A stretch of 40,661 bases of DNA from an uncultured Pelagibacteraceae bacterium. Lineage in GTDB: Bacteria; Pseudomonadota; Alphaproteobacteria; Pelagibacterales; AG-422-B15. Each line of letters opens with the position of its first letter. Positions within the stretch are counted from its first letter, which is position 1. Shown piece by piece: positions 18,919 to 28,907 of this stretch. The translations under genes and the position numbers were made by a program. Below the pieces are notes generated by a model. The model saw only the letters and a program-made list of their open reading frames with translations, was not told the DNA's origin and did not search any database. The stretch covers positions 1 through 40,661 of the forward strand of contig CACFGR010000003.1 in NCBI GenBank assembly GCA_902565955.1, written 5' to 3'.

Positions 18919-19944
18919 TTATCTAGCTGGAGGAGCGTAAAGAACTCCACCGTTTTTGTAAGAAGCATTTGGTGATCCTGCTCTTGCAAGGCCTACAGGA
19001 GTATTTTCACCGACGTGTTTTTCATAAACATCACCGTAGTTTCCTACCATTGTTACAATGTCATAAGACCAGCTATCACCAAGGTTTAAACCTGCGCCAG
19101 TTCCACCCTCTTTACCACATAGTCTTGCAACTACTGGGTTTGAAGTTAATGCACAAGTAGTCTTAGCATTTGACTGAGTAAGACCAAATTCTTCAGCTTC
19201 AATCATCGCATTAAGTGACCATCTTACTACGTCTGCCCAGTCACCATCGCCTTCTCTAACAACAGGACCAAGAGGTTCTTTTGAAATAGTTTCAGGAAGA
19301 ACTACGTGAGCATCAGGATCTGCAAGCTTTGTTCGTTGAGCAGCTAGTCCTGATTTGTCAGTTGTATATGTATCACAACGACCTTCATCGTATGCGTTTA
19401 CAACTTCGTCAGCCTTTTCAAACACAACTGGTTCATATGCCATTCCATTGGCTCTGAAAAAGTCGGCCATGTTTAATTCAGTTGTCGTACCTAAATTAGT
19501 ACAAACACTTGCACCATCTAGTTCCATTGCACTAGAAATGCCAGAGTCTTTTCTAACCATAAAACCTTGTCCATCATAAAAATTGACACCAGCAAACTCT
19601 AAACCGATTTGAGCGTCACGTGATAATGTCCAAGTTGTGTTTCTTGATAAAACATCAATTTCACCAGCCTGAAGTGCGGTAAATCTTTCTTTAGCAGTAA
19701 GAGGTACGTACTTCACTTTATCTGGATCTCCAAATATGGCAGCAGAGACAGCACGACATACGTCTACATCAATACCGCTCCAGTTTCCATTTTCATCTGG
19801 GTTTGAAAAACCAGGAACTCCCTGACTTACTCCACAGTTGAAAAATCCTTGTGATTTAACAGTGTCAAGCGTTCCAGCAAATGCTGTTGGAACCATCAAT
19901 ACTGAACAAACTAAACCAAGGAATGAGATTCTTATATTATACAT
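18919..19944 (-). CDS. aapJ: General L-amino acid ABC transporter substrate-binding protein
   Basis: Signal peptide; G.DVDVCRAV, RFTALQAGEIDVLSRNTTWT, ISKEPLGP motifs. Confidence 0.95.
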   Translation of the reverse strand: MYNIRISFLGLVCSVLMVPTAFAGTLDTVKSQGFFNCGVSQGVPGFSNPDENGNWSGIDVDVCRAVSAAIFGDPDKVKYVPLTAKERFTALQAGEIDVLSRNTTWTLSRDAQIGLEFAGVNFYDGQGFMVRKDSGISSAMELDGASVCTNLGTTTELNMADFFRANGMAYEPVVFEKADEVVNAYDEGRCDTYTTDKSGLAAQRTKLADPDAHVVLPETISKEPLGPVVREGDGDWADVVRWSLNAMIEAEEFGLTQSNAKTTCALTSNPVVARLCGKEGGTGAGLNLGDSWSYDIVTMVGNYGDVYEKHVGENTPVGLARAGSPNASYKNGGVLYAPPAR

Positions 19945-20073
19945 AAGTGATTAATCCTTTTTTTTATTTAATTAATTAATTTTGAAGGAGAAATTTAATC
20001 ATAGTTTTGTATGGATGAGAAATAAAAAAATACTCAAAAAAACAATTGTAGATCTACATTTAGTATCTAAAAT

Positions 20074-20730
20074 TTATTTTAGTACAATATTTTGAGCAAT
20101 AGTTATTCTTATATCAATCTCTTCTAAGTTTGGATCTATTAAAGACTGAATACGCTCTACGTCTTCTGTTGAAAGTTGGTCTATTAAATCATCAATACCC
20201 TCACGTCCAGCACCACATAGAGACGATTGATTGCATTGCAAATACCACCTCACCGCTTCAAAAATATTCTTTTTTGTGCCGTCGCCAAATTCATACATAT
20301 TGGCAACATTATATTGTGCTTCAGGAACACCATTTTCTGCAGCAAATAAATAATATTTAAATGCCTTTTTTAAATTTGGGAAAACATTCGAGGTATAAAT
20401 GTAAAATTGCTCGTCATACATTTCCCCAAGTGCATAGGCTGCTCTTGGATCATTATAATTTTCAAATAAATCAATGTAGATCTCATATGCTTTCCTTTTG
20501 TTATTAATACAAAAATTCTTTATATCGCATAATTTTAAGAATTGTGCATCGTAATAAAGCATACCTAGTAAATATTTTGCATCAAGGTTTTCATTTTCAC
20601 TAAGTTGTATCAACATATTAATAGCTAATGTTTTATCGCCACTCCTAAATAAATCATAAAAAGTATGTTCCTTTGATGAAACATTTTGAGTGAGAAATAT
20701 AAGAAATATTAGGTGTATTAAAATTTTCAT
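20074..20730 (-). CDS. Sel1-like repeat exported protein
   Basis: Signal peptide; AKYLLGMLYY, AAYALGEMY, EAQYNVANMYEFGDGTKKNIFEAVRWY. Confidence 0.88.
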   Translation of the reverse strand: MKILIHLIFLIFLTQNVSSKEHTFYDLFRSGDKTLAINMLIQLSENENLDAKYLLGMLYYDAQFLKLCDIKNFCINNKRKAYEIYIDLFENYNDPRAAYALGEMYDEQFYIYTSNVFPNLKKAFKYYLFAAENGVPEAQYNVANMYEFGDGTKKNIFEAVRWYLQCNQSSLCGAGREGIDDLIDQLSTEDVERIQSLIDPNLEEIDIRITIAQNIVLK

Positions 20731-20744
20731 TGCTTTAAATCTAA

Positions 20745-20821
20745 TGGCGCGCCCGAGAGGATTCGAACCTCTGACCCACAGCTTAGAAGGCTGTTGCTCT
20801 ATCCAGCTGAGCTACGGGCGC
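20745..20821 (-). tRNA. tRNA-Arg(TCT)
   Basis: GCGCCCG...CGGGCGC-G-CCA, anticodon loop CT-TCT-AA. Confidence 0.97.
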
Positions 20822-21100
20822 TTATTTGAAATTATCTGCATATGACTTAGTTATAACTTTCCTCTCAGAGGTTTCAAGAATTTCATAATCTAAATTATTT
20901 TTTTTTGCATAATTGATTGCGTCTTCTTTAGATGAAAACTTTAACTCAATCTGAGTAATAGTATTACTGCCTCCATTCCATCCCATCATGGTATCTTTAA
21001 GTTGATTTTTTTTATCTAAAAATTTTAAAACCCACTTATTATATTTTGCTCTTCCAGACTGCATTGCAGTTTTTGTTGGTTTAAATATTTTTACCTTCAT
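20822..21100 (-). CDS. ETC complex I subunit (NDUFS4-like)
   Basis: KIFKPTKTAMQSGR, MMGW, LKFSSKEDAINYA, KSYADNF. Confidence 0.93.
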   Translation of the reverse strand: MKVKIFKPTKTAMQSGRAKYNKWVLKFLDKKNQLKDTMMGWNGGSNTITQIELKFSSKEDAINYAKKNNLDYEILETSERKVITKSYADNFK

Positions 21101-21105
21101 ATTCT

Positions 21106-21975
21106 TTATTCTGTACCATCAAGATTCATTAGTCCTTTATACAGGTCAGGTCTTCTGTCTCTAAAAACTCCCCACACATTTCTAAGTGTTTCTGCATCGG
21201 CTAAATTAATCTTGCCAATGAGTACTTCTTCTTTATCTCTACTACCTTCTGCGATCTTGTCGCCAACATGATTGGTTACAAAGGAACGTCCATAGAAATA
21301 GTTTTCAATATCAATCCCTTTTTCAGTTCCAATCCTATTTGAAGCTATAACAGGTATTTGATTTGACGCTGAATGACCAATCATTGCTCTTTGCCACATA
21401 TCAGAACTGTCAAATCCATCATCCTCTGGCTCTCCGCCAATTGCTGTAGGATAGAGTAAAAGTTCAGCACCGCTTAGAACCATTGACCTTGCAGCCTCTG
21501 GAAACCATTGGTCCCAACATATACCAACACCAATCTTAGCGTATTTTGTATTCCATACTTTGAAGCCTGTGTCTCCAGGATTAAAATAAAACTTTTCTTG
21601 ATATCCTGGTCCATCAGGAATGTGTGACTTTCTGTATTTTCCTAATATGCTTCCATCTGCATCTACAATTGCAACTGAATTATAATGAGCCCTATTTGCT
21701 TTTTCAAAAAAACTCACTGGCAAAACAACTTTTAGCTCTTTAGCTAATCTAGAAAATTTCTTTATTGTTGGATGGTTATCAAAAGGCTTTGATAATTCAA
21801 ACATTTCTTCTTTTTGATCCATACAAAAATATTGAGACTCAAATAATTCTTGAATTAAAATTATTTGAGCACCTTTGGAAGCAGCCTGTCTGACAAGCTT
21901 CTCAGCATTACTCACATTCTTATCAGTATCATTTGAGCAAGCCATTTGCGTTGCTGCCACGGTTACTTCTTTCAC
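21106..21975 (-). CDS. aguB: N-carbamoylputrescine amidase
   Basis: Nitrilase E-K-C triad (QELF, YRKSHIPDGPGYQEK, GICWDQWFPEAAR); follows aguA. Confidence 0.93.
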   Translation of the reverse strand: MKEVTVAATQMACSNDTDKNVSNAEKLVRQAASKGAQIILIQELFESQYFCMDQKEEMFELSKPFDNHPTIKKFSRLAKELKVVLPVSFFEKANRAHYNSVAIVDADGSILGKYRKSHIPDGPGYQEKFYFNPGDTGFKVWNTKYAKIGVGICWDQWFPEAARSMVLSGAELLLYPTAIGGEPEDDGFDSSDMWQRAMIGHSASNQIPVIASNRIGTEKGIDIENYFYGRSFVTNHVGDKIAEGSRDKEEVLIGKINLADAETLRNVWGVFRDRRPDLYKGLMNLDGTE

Positions 21976-23009
21976 GATTTACTCCTTGGTTGTTGTTGCG
22001 TGATGCAGTGTACACCACCTCCTCCCAAAAGTATATGAGACCCATCAAGAGTAACTACTTTTCGATCAGGAAATGAACTTTTAACTATTTCTAAAGCATT
22101 TTGATCTGCCTTTTCATCACCGAAAATTGGAAGAATTACAGCTGAATTTGCAATATAGAAGTTAATATATGAGCATGGCTCATCATCATTTGGAATTATT
22201 CTTTTATAAGACATCTCTAATTCAATTACATCTAGGTCATTTCCATTTGCATCTTTTGAAGTTTTTAAAATTTCCAAATTTTCATTTAGTAGGTCATAAT
22301 ATGGATCTTGTTTGTCTTGACATGTCATAGCCATAACCCTTCCGGGAGAGATAAAACATGCAACATTATCCACATGACCATTTGTGCCTTCGTCAGTTCC
22401 ATGTTTTAGCCAAATAATATTTTTAACACCGAAAAAATTCTTAAGGTTTTCTTCAATATCTAGTTTTGAAAGATTAGGATTTCTATTTTTATGCAGTAGG
22501 CATTGTTCTGTTGTCAATAATGTTCCATTACCATCAACATCAATGGAACCACCTTCTAGCACCATATTATTTTTAAAATATTGAGCTCCAGATTTTTCAA
22601 TCATCATTTTGGCTACTTTATCGTCAAGCTCATAATTTTCTTTGTAACCCCAACAATTAAAATCTGAATCCACTCCTGCTAATCCATGATTATGATCTAA
22701 AAGAAATATAGCGCCTGAATCCCTTGACCATGCGTCATTGATAGGAAACTCGATAATATCTATTTTTTCACTTAGTAGACTTTTTGCACTTGCAGAGTCC
22801 TTTGGATTAACAATCATTTTAGTTTTTTCAAATTGTGAAATAGCATTTGCAACTTTTGCCCATGCATCTCTTCCCTTTTGATAATCAAAATGTGACCAAG
22901 ATGATGTTACATCAGTTGGAAATGTTTCTGTTGGCCATTGCATCCAGCAGCACTCGTGCGGAAACCATTCAGCTGGCATTCTGTAAGAATTTTCGATTGG
23001 CACGCTCAT
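21972..23009 (-). CDS. aguA: Agmatine deiminase
   Basis: RMPAEW, DAWSRDSG, LEGGSI, GHVDN, GGGGVHCITQQQP. Start set at ATG 23009 (GAGG upstream) because the longer ORF overlaps tRNA-Pro. Confidence 0.93.
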   Translation of the reverse strand: MSVPIENSYRMPAEWFPHECCWMQWPTETFPTDVTSSWSHFDYQKGRDAWAKVANAISQFEKTKMIVNPKDSASAKSLLSEKIDIIEFPINDAWSRDSGAIFLLDHNHGLAGVDSDFNCWGYKENYELDDKVAKMMIEKSGAQYFKNNMVLEGGSIDVDGNGTLLTTEQCLLHKNRNPNLSKLDIEENLKNFFGVKNIIWLKHGTDEGTNGHVDNVACFISPGRVMAMTCQDKQDPYYDLLNENLEILKTSKDANGNDLDVIELEMSYKRIIPNDDEPCSYINFYIANSAVILPIFGDEKADQNALEIVKSSFPDRKVVTLDGSHILLGGGGVHCITQQQPRSKS

Positions 23010-23021
23010 TAAAAACCTCAT

Positions 23022-23098
<77 letters not shown>

Positions 23099-23139
23099 AA
23101 ACGAGTGAGAATGTATCTAAAAACAGATAAATCTTCAAT

Positions 23140-24084
23140 CTATTTAAGAAAATCTAATAGTATATTATTTACTTCGTCAGGCTTCTCCTGTTGTACCCAA
23201 TGACCTGCATTTTTAATTATATGATTTGAGATAAGGTTTTCATGCAGGGCTGGATTTATCAAACTCCATTTAGCCACAGGATCGTGCTCGCCCACAATAA
23301 AACATGAAGGAGGTGATATTTTTTTCTCATGTGTATCTTTTGTAATCTCCCAATTTTTGTCAATGTTTCGATACCAGTTAATTGGTCCGCGCATTCCTCC
23401 ATTTGTAAATTCTTTAAGATAAAAATCAAAATCCTCTTCAGACATAAACTCAGGAATTTTACTATGTTCACCAAGTGAGTCTAAGAACGTCATCTCATCT
23501 TTGTACGGTTTAGGTTCAAAAGTTTGTGACTCTTCTCCATCACTTGTTAGAGAACTATATACTGCAATTAAAGATTTTCTCATGTCTTGCTCTAATTCTT
23601 TCTCGACACGTCCTTCTTCTTGAAAATAAATCATATAAAAAAATACATCTTTGAACATGAATTTCATTGTTTCAATTGGTGGCATTTTTGAAACTAAATG
23701 TGGTACGCTCATTCCACAAACTTTATTAACTCGGTCAGGATGATACAATGATGTATTCCAGGCAACTGGGGCTCCCCAGTCGTGTCCAATTAATGAAAAA
23801 TTATCTTCTTTCATCTCATCTGCTATAGCAATAATATCTGAAGTGAGCTTCATAATATTGTAAGCATCGATTTCAGTTGGCTTTGAAGTTTTTCCATAAC
23901 CTCTCATATCTGGTACTGCTACTTTGAAACCGTTTTTAACTAAAGAAGTAATCTGATGTCTCCAAGAATACCATGACTCTGGCCACCCATGCGCCATTAT
24001 TACTAATGGACCCTCTCCATCAATAAATGTATTGATTTCGATATCCTTATTTTTAATAATTTTAAAATTTTTCTTATTAAACAT
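23140..24084 (-). CDS. Alpha/beta hydrolase, epoxide hydrolase family
   Basis: HGWPESWYSWRHQ, PDMRGYG, GHDWGA nucleophile, GHWVQQEKP. Confidence 0.9.
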   Translation of the reverse strand: MFNKKNFKIIKNKDIEINTFIDGEGPLVIMAHGWPESWYSWRHQITSLVKNGFKVAVPDMRGYGKTSKPTEIDAYNIMKLTSDIIAIADEMKEDNFSLIGHDWGAPVAWNTSLYHPDRVNKVCGMSVPHLVSKMPPIETMKFMFKDVFFYMIYFQEEGRVEKELEQDMRKSLIAVYSSLTSDGEESQTFEPKPYKDEMTFLDSLGEHSKIPEFMSEEDFDFYLKEFTNGGMRGPINWYRNIDKNWEITKDTHEKKISPPSCFIVGEHDPVAKWSLINPALHENLISNHIIKNAGHWVQQEKPDEVNNILLDFLK

Positions 24085-24086
24085 TG

Positions 24087-24521
24087 CTAAGATGGATCCT
24101 TTTTTCCGTGATTTCTTAAAATTTTAAAAATCCCGTCTGATGTAAAAATAATCTTATCATCTATGAATAAGTTGCACTTCATAAATAAAATTGATTTTGT
24201 TTCTCTCGTAATTTCTGCAAAACCATATACCCAGGATCCTTTTGGAGCAGGGCCTACATAATTAGCATTTAATTTAGCAGTTAAGCATGGAAATGAGTCC
24301 TTTTTCCAAGCAGTATAACCCATGATTCCATCTGCAAATGCAATTAGTGTGCCCCCGTGTGCTATACCGGCTTTATTGCAATTAATTTCCTCAACCGTAA
24401 ATCCTTTATAAAAAATTCCATCGAGTTCTAAATTATAGAGAAAACCATTATTTTTTGAGAACGGCCCAGGATCAGTATCCTTAATATAGTTTTTTATATT
24501 TTTTAATATGTCAGTTTGCAT
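24087..24521 (-). CDS. PaaI-family hotdog thioesterase
   Basis: N..GIAHGG.L..FAD motif, 144 aa. Confidence 0.85.
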   Translation of the reverse strand: MQTDILKNIKNYIKDTDPGPFSKNNGFLYNLELDGIFYKGFTVEEINCNKAGIAHGGTLIAFADGIMGYTAWKKDSFPCLTAKLNANYVGPAPKGSWVYGFAEITRETKSILFMKCNLFIDDKIIFTSDGIFKILRNHGKKDPS

Positions 24522-24573
24522 TGCAAAAATATATTTGATTAATGATGAATGATAAATATATAATTGACCGAAG

Positions 24574-24653
24574 ATTATGGGGAGCTATTGCTGAGAGGTT
24601 CCAAATAATGGAACGACCCAAAACCTGATCTAGATAATGCTAGCGGAGGAAAT
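24574..24653 (+). ncRNA. TPP riboswitch
   Basis: GGGGAGC..GCTGAGA-[GTTCCA/TGGAAC stem]-GACCC-AAAACCTGATCTAGATAATGCTAGCGGAGG directly upstream of thiB. Confidence 0.92.
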
Positions 24654-25550
24654 ATGCAAAAAATATCAATTATTTTATTTTTTTTTATTTTTTTAAACAG
24701 CTCTTTTGCCCAGGACAAATTGGTTGTTGGAACCTACGACTCTTTCTCAGCTGATTGGGGGCCAGGGCCTATTATAGAAGAAAAGTTTGAAGAAATTTGC
24801 AATTGCGATCTTCAATTCATCTCAACCAGTCAAGCAGGCACTTTAAATAGTGAAATTTTTCTGAGAGGAAAGGATGTGATTCTTGGAGTAGAAATGCACG
24901 AATTTAATTTTTCAATTGAAGATTGGCATGAGTATGATCATGGTTTTTTTTCGTTTATTTATGACAGTAGTAAGATAACTAACCCACCCAAAACTTTTGA
25001 GGAGTTGGTAAATCGTGAAGATCTTAAAATCGTTGTGCAAGATCCTCGTACAAGTCCAGTTGGCATTGGTTTGTTAAGGTGGATGAAATCAATATTTAAA
25101 GATGACTTCTCTATTAAGTTAAAACAATTAGATCAGAATATAATAACATACACACCAGGATGGTCTGAGGCTTATGGAATTTTTCTTGAGGGAAATGCAG
25201 ACCTTGTTTTGAGTTATAGCACTTCACCATTTTATCACCAAGAATATGAAAATGAATACAAATACAAGTCACTTAATTTCACTGAGGGTCACTTAGCGAC
25301 GAGGGAGATTGTTTATGTTCGAGAGAAGTCAATGAATCAAAAACTTGCAAAAAAATTTATAGATTTCATTATTGAGGATGAAATTCAAAAAATAATATCT
25401 TCAATGAACATTATGTATCCATCAGTTGATAAAACTGAACTAATTCCAGAAAAAATGAAAAATTTAATAAAACCAAAAGAAATTGATTATAAAGTATTTC
25501 TAGAGTCTGAACCATTAATTGAAACTTGGCTTGAAACTATTGCAGGTTAA
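24654..25550 (+). CDS. thiB: Thiamine ABC transporter substrate-binding protein
   Basis: TYDSF..DWGPGP, QDPRTS..G, GWSEAYG.F..G.ADLVLSYSTSP; downstream of TPP riboswitch. Confidence 0.92.
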   Translation: MQKISIILFFFIFLNSSFAQDKLVVGTYDSFSADWGPGPIIEEKFEEICNCDLQFISTSQAGTLNSEIFLRGKDVILGVEMHEFNFSIEDWHEYDHGFFSFIYDSSKITNPPKTFEELVNREDLKIVVQDPRTSPVGIGLLRWMKSIFKDDFSIKLKQLDQNIITYTPGWSEAYGIFLEGNADLVLSYSTSPFYHQEYENEYKYKSLNFTEGHLATREIVYVREKSMNQKLAKKFIDFIIEDEIQKIISSMNIMYPSVDKTELIPEKMKNLIKPKEIDYKVFLESEPLIETWLETIAG

Positions 25551-27063
25551 TATAAAAGACCTAATTCCAATAGGAGTTTTTTTTCTCGTTTTAGCGACGG
25601 TTGTGTTACCTATATTCGGTTTAGTTTATTATTACAATTTTAGTTTCACACTTAATTTCTCAAATTACTATTTTACAATTATTTTTTTTACAATCTTTCA
25701 ATCATTTGCCTCTGCCTTTTTTTCTATAGTAATAGGTTCCGTATTTGCACTTTTATTAATAAGGCACAGACATCATAAAAGCATAAAACTTATCGTAAAT
25801 TTTTTGTCAATTTTATTTGTATTACCAACAATACTATCAGTATTTGGAATCCTAACATTTTACGGACAGTATTTTTCTATTTATGGAATAATTGGCATAT
25901 TACTTGGTCATACAATTTTAAATACTCCATTAATAACAAGAATTATATTTCAAAGTCTAAATGATATCAGTTCAAATGAATATATGCTTGCAAAACAAAT
26001 GTCTTTGGACAAGTTAGGAATTTTCTTTGCTATTGAATGGCCTATTATAAAAAAAAATATACCCAGTCTCTTTGTTATTGTTTTTTTTATATGCTTTGTA
26101 AGCTTTACCCCAGTTTTAATTCTGGGTGGAAGCCCAAAATATTCAACTTTAGAAGTGGCGATTTATTATTCTGTAATTTTTAATAATGATTTTAATGCAG
26201 CCCTAAATTTATTGCTTATACAATTATCAATATGTCTTTTCATATACGCCGCTTTCTTTAAAAATTTTAAAAGTTCAAATTTTATAATTGATGAACAACG
26301 AAATTTTTATGAAGATAAAAAAAGGGGATTTTTTATCCATATAGAAATTATATTCATAATACTGATTTCTATTTTCATTTTTTCTCCGATATGCTTCATA
26401 ATCTTAAATGGGTTCAATAAAGAACTTATAAATATATTTGCATCATCATATTTGTGGCATGCAATAAATAACACATTTGTGATTTGTTTTTTTTCAGGGG
26501 CTATTTCAGTTTTTGTAGCTCTCAACTACCTTAATTTGATCTATCGCAAAAAATATTTTACAGAAATATTGATTTATTCACTTATTATATTTTCGCCAGT
26601 TGTCATGGCTGTTGGATATTATATATTATTGTTTAAAATCAGCTTATTTGATATACCGAATATTCTTATAGTTATCGTTCTAAACGCAATCTTTTCGCTA
26701 CCGTTTACATATAACTTTCTAGCTCCATCTTACTTTAAAATTACACATGAGAATGAAGACATCTCAAAAAGTATCAATATATACGGATTAAAGAGATTTC
26801 TAATTATTGATTTTCCTAGACTAAAAGTACCAATAATTACCGCTTTCTCAGTATCTTCAATACTATCTGCTAGTGATCTCGTTATCATTTCCTTTTTTGG
26901 TACGAATAGCTTGTCAACTCTAACTCAAACAATATATAGACTTATGGGAAGTTACAGGATGGATGAAGCATATTCGGTTTCTCTAATATTGCTAGTGTTT
27001 TGCATCTGTTACTTTGGAGCTTCATACGTATTTATGAAAGGTAAGTTATGGAACACTCATTAG
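25519..27063 (+). CDS. thiP: Thiamine ABC transporter permease (start uncertain, possibly TTG 25540)
   Basis: Two-domain permease with LILGGSPKYSTLEVAIY and IYRLMGSYR; follows thiB. Confidence 0.85.
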   Translation: MKLGLKLLQVNIKDLIPIGVFFLVLATVVLPIFGLVYYYNFSFTLNFSNYYFTIIFFTIFQSFASAFFSIVIGSVFALLLIRHRHHKSIKLIVNFLSILFVLPTILSVFGILTFYGQYFSIYGIIGILLGHTILNTPLITRIIFQSLNDISSNEYMLAKQMSLDKLGIFFAIEWPIIKKNIPSLFVIVFFICFVSFTPVLILGGSPKYSTLEVAIYYSVIFNNDFNAALNLLLIQLSICLFIYAAFFKNFKSSNFIIDEQRNFYEDKKRGFFIHIEIIFIILISIFIFSPICFIILNGFNKELINIFASSYLWHAINNTFVICFFSGAISVFVALNYLNLIYRKKYFTEILIYSLIIFSPVVMAVGYYILLFKISLFDIPNILIVIVLNAIFSLPFTYNFLAPSYFKITHENEDISKSINIYGLKRFLIIDFPRLKVPIITAFSVSSILSASDLVIISFFGTNSLSTLTQTIYRLMGSYRMDEAYSVSLILLVFCICYFGASYVFMKGKLWNTH

Positions 27064-28340
27064 ATTTAACCTATCACTGGGCTGGTTTCTCAGCTTTAGT
27101 TATCTTTGTCATCGCTTATGCATTCGTGATGGCAGAAGAATTCACTCATTTGAGAAAATCAAAACCGGTTGTACTTGCGGCTGGCTTAATATGGGGAATG
27201 ATTGCAATTGCATATTCCAACACTCCTCATTACGAAATGGTTGAACATGAAATTAGACACAGTTTTCTTGAATATACAGAACTTGCTTTTTTTCTCTTAG
27301 TTGCAATGACTTACATTAACGCTCTTGAAGAACGCAATGTGTTTAATTCTCTCAAGTCATGGTTGATTAAAAATCAATTTAGTTACAGACAATTATTCTG
27401 GATTACAGGTGTATTAGCATTTTTTTTGTCTCCATTAGCTGATAATCTAACAACTGCTTTAGTGTTATGTGCGGTTGTAGTAGCTGTAGGGTCATCAAGT
27501 CCTAAATTTGTCGGATTAGCCTGTGTCAATATTGTTGTCGCTGCAAATGCAGGTGGAGCATTTAGTCCCTTTGGCGATATTACAACTTTGATGGTATGGC
27601 AAGCTGGTCAGTTAGACTTTTTACAATTTTTTGCTTTGGTTATTCCATCAGTTGTAAATTATATTATTCCTGCAAGCATAATGCACTTTTTTGTTTCAGA
27701 CCATAAGCCCGATGTTGCAGAGACAAGCGTTACAATCAAATATGGGGGAAAGACAATTATTCTACTTGGCCTTTTAACTATTGTGACTGCCGTAAGTTTT
27801 CATAATTTTTTACATCTTCCTCCAGTGTTTGGAATGATGACTGGTCTAGCATACTTACAGCTCTACAGTTTTTATATTAAAATTAGTGTCAAAGAAATAG
27901 AGGAGCAGAAATATGATTTCTTCGAGAATGTTGCTCGTGTTGAGTGGGATACATTATTATTTTTCTTTGGTGTGATTCTATCTGTTGGAGGCCTGGGCTT
28001 CATAGGCTATCTAGAATACGTATCAGAATTTATGTATACAGACTTAGGTGCAACTACTGCCAACGTTTTAGTAGGCATACTCTCAGCTATTGTAGATAAT
28101 ATTCCAGTGATGTTTGCAGTGTTAACAATGGAACCTGCAATGCCAGACTCACAATGGCTGCTTGTTACTTTAACTGCTGGTGTGGGCGGCAGTATGTTGT
28201 CTATTGGATCTGCAGCAGGCGTAGCTTTAATGGGTCAGTCAAGAGGCATGTATACTTTCTTTGGTCATTTAAAATGGACACCGATTATAGCAATTGGATA
28301 CTTTGCAAGTGTCTATGTGCATATATTGATAAATTTTTAA
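27048..28340 (+). CDS. nhaD: NhaD-type Na+/H+ antiporter
   Basis: LRKSKP, SPLADNLTTAL, AANAGGAFSPFGDITT, LSAIVDNIPV. Confidence 0.92.
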   Translation: MEHSLDLTYHWAGFSALVIFVIAYAFVMAEEFTHLRKSKPVVLAAGLIWGMIAIAYSNTPHYEMVEHEIRHSFLEYTELAFFLLVAMTYINALEERNVFNSLKSWLIKNQFSYRQLFWITGVLAFFLSPLADNLTTALVLCAVVVAVGSSSPKFVGLACVNIVVAANAGGAFSPFGDITTLMVWQAGQLDFLQFFALVIPSVVNYIIPASIMHFFVSDHKPDVAETSVTIKYGGKTIILLGLLTIVTAVSFHNFLHLPPVFGMMTGLAYLQLYSFYIKISVKEIEEQKYDFFENVARVEWDTLLFFFGVILSVGGLGFIGYLEYVSEFMYTDLGATTANVLVGILSAIVDNIPVMFAVLTMEPAMPDSQWLLVTLTAGVGGSMLSIGSAAGVALMGQSRGMYTFFGHLKWTPIIAIGYFASVYVHILINF

Positions 28341-28346
28341 TTCAGA

Positions 28347-28892
28347 ATGAGAGTATTTTTAACTTTTTGCCTTATATTTCTCTTAAACACAGGAGCCTCA
28401 ATGTCAGAAAATGCATATAGTTATTCTTTTAAAGATATTAATGAAGAAGATATAATTAATCTTTCTGACTACAAAGGTAAAACGCTTGTTGTTGTAAATA
28501 CTGCAAGTTTATGCGGTTTTACTTATCAATACGATGGGCTACAAAAACTTTATGATGACTATAAAGATCAAGGGCTGGTTGTATTAGGTGTCCCATCTAA
28601 TGATTTTGGAAATCAAGAGTCTGGTACAAATAGTGAAGTAAAAGAATTTTGTGAAAGCACATTTAGTATAACGTTTCCACTTACAGAAAAAAATGTTGTC
28701 AAAGGCAAAGATGCTCATCCATTTTTCAAATGGTCTAAAAAAAAATTAGGTTTTATCGGTGGAGTTCCTCGATGGAATTTTCATAAAATTATAATTGGCA
28801 AAGATGGCAATGCAATTGCAGGCTATACTGCATTAACTCGTCCATCATCTAAAAAATTTATAAGTGAAATAGAAAAAGCTCTTCAGCTTTAA
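28347..28892 (+). CDS. Glutathione peroxidase family protein (Cys-type)
   Basis: VVNTASLCGFT.QY, PSNDFGNQE, WNFHK; hydrophobic N-terminal extension. Confidence 0.92.
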   Translation: MRVFLTFCLIFLLNTGASMSENAYSYSFKDINEEDIINLSDYKGKTLVVVNTASLCGFTYQYDGLQKLYDDYKDQGLVVLGVPSNDFGNQESGTNSEVKEFCESTFSITFPLTEKNVVKGKDAHPFFKWSKKKLGFIGGVPRWNFHKIIIGKDGNAIAGYTALTRPSSKKFISEIEKALQL

Positions 28893-28907
28893 TTCTTTTA
28901 ATAGCTT

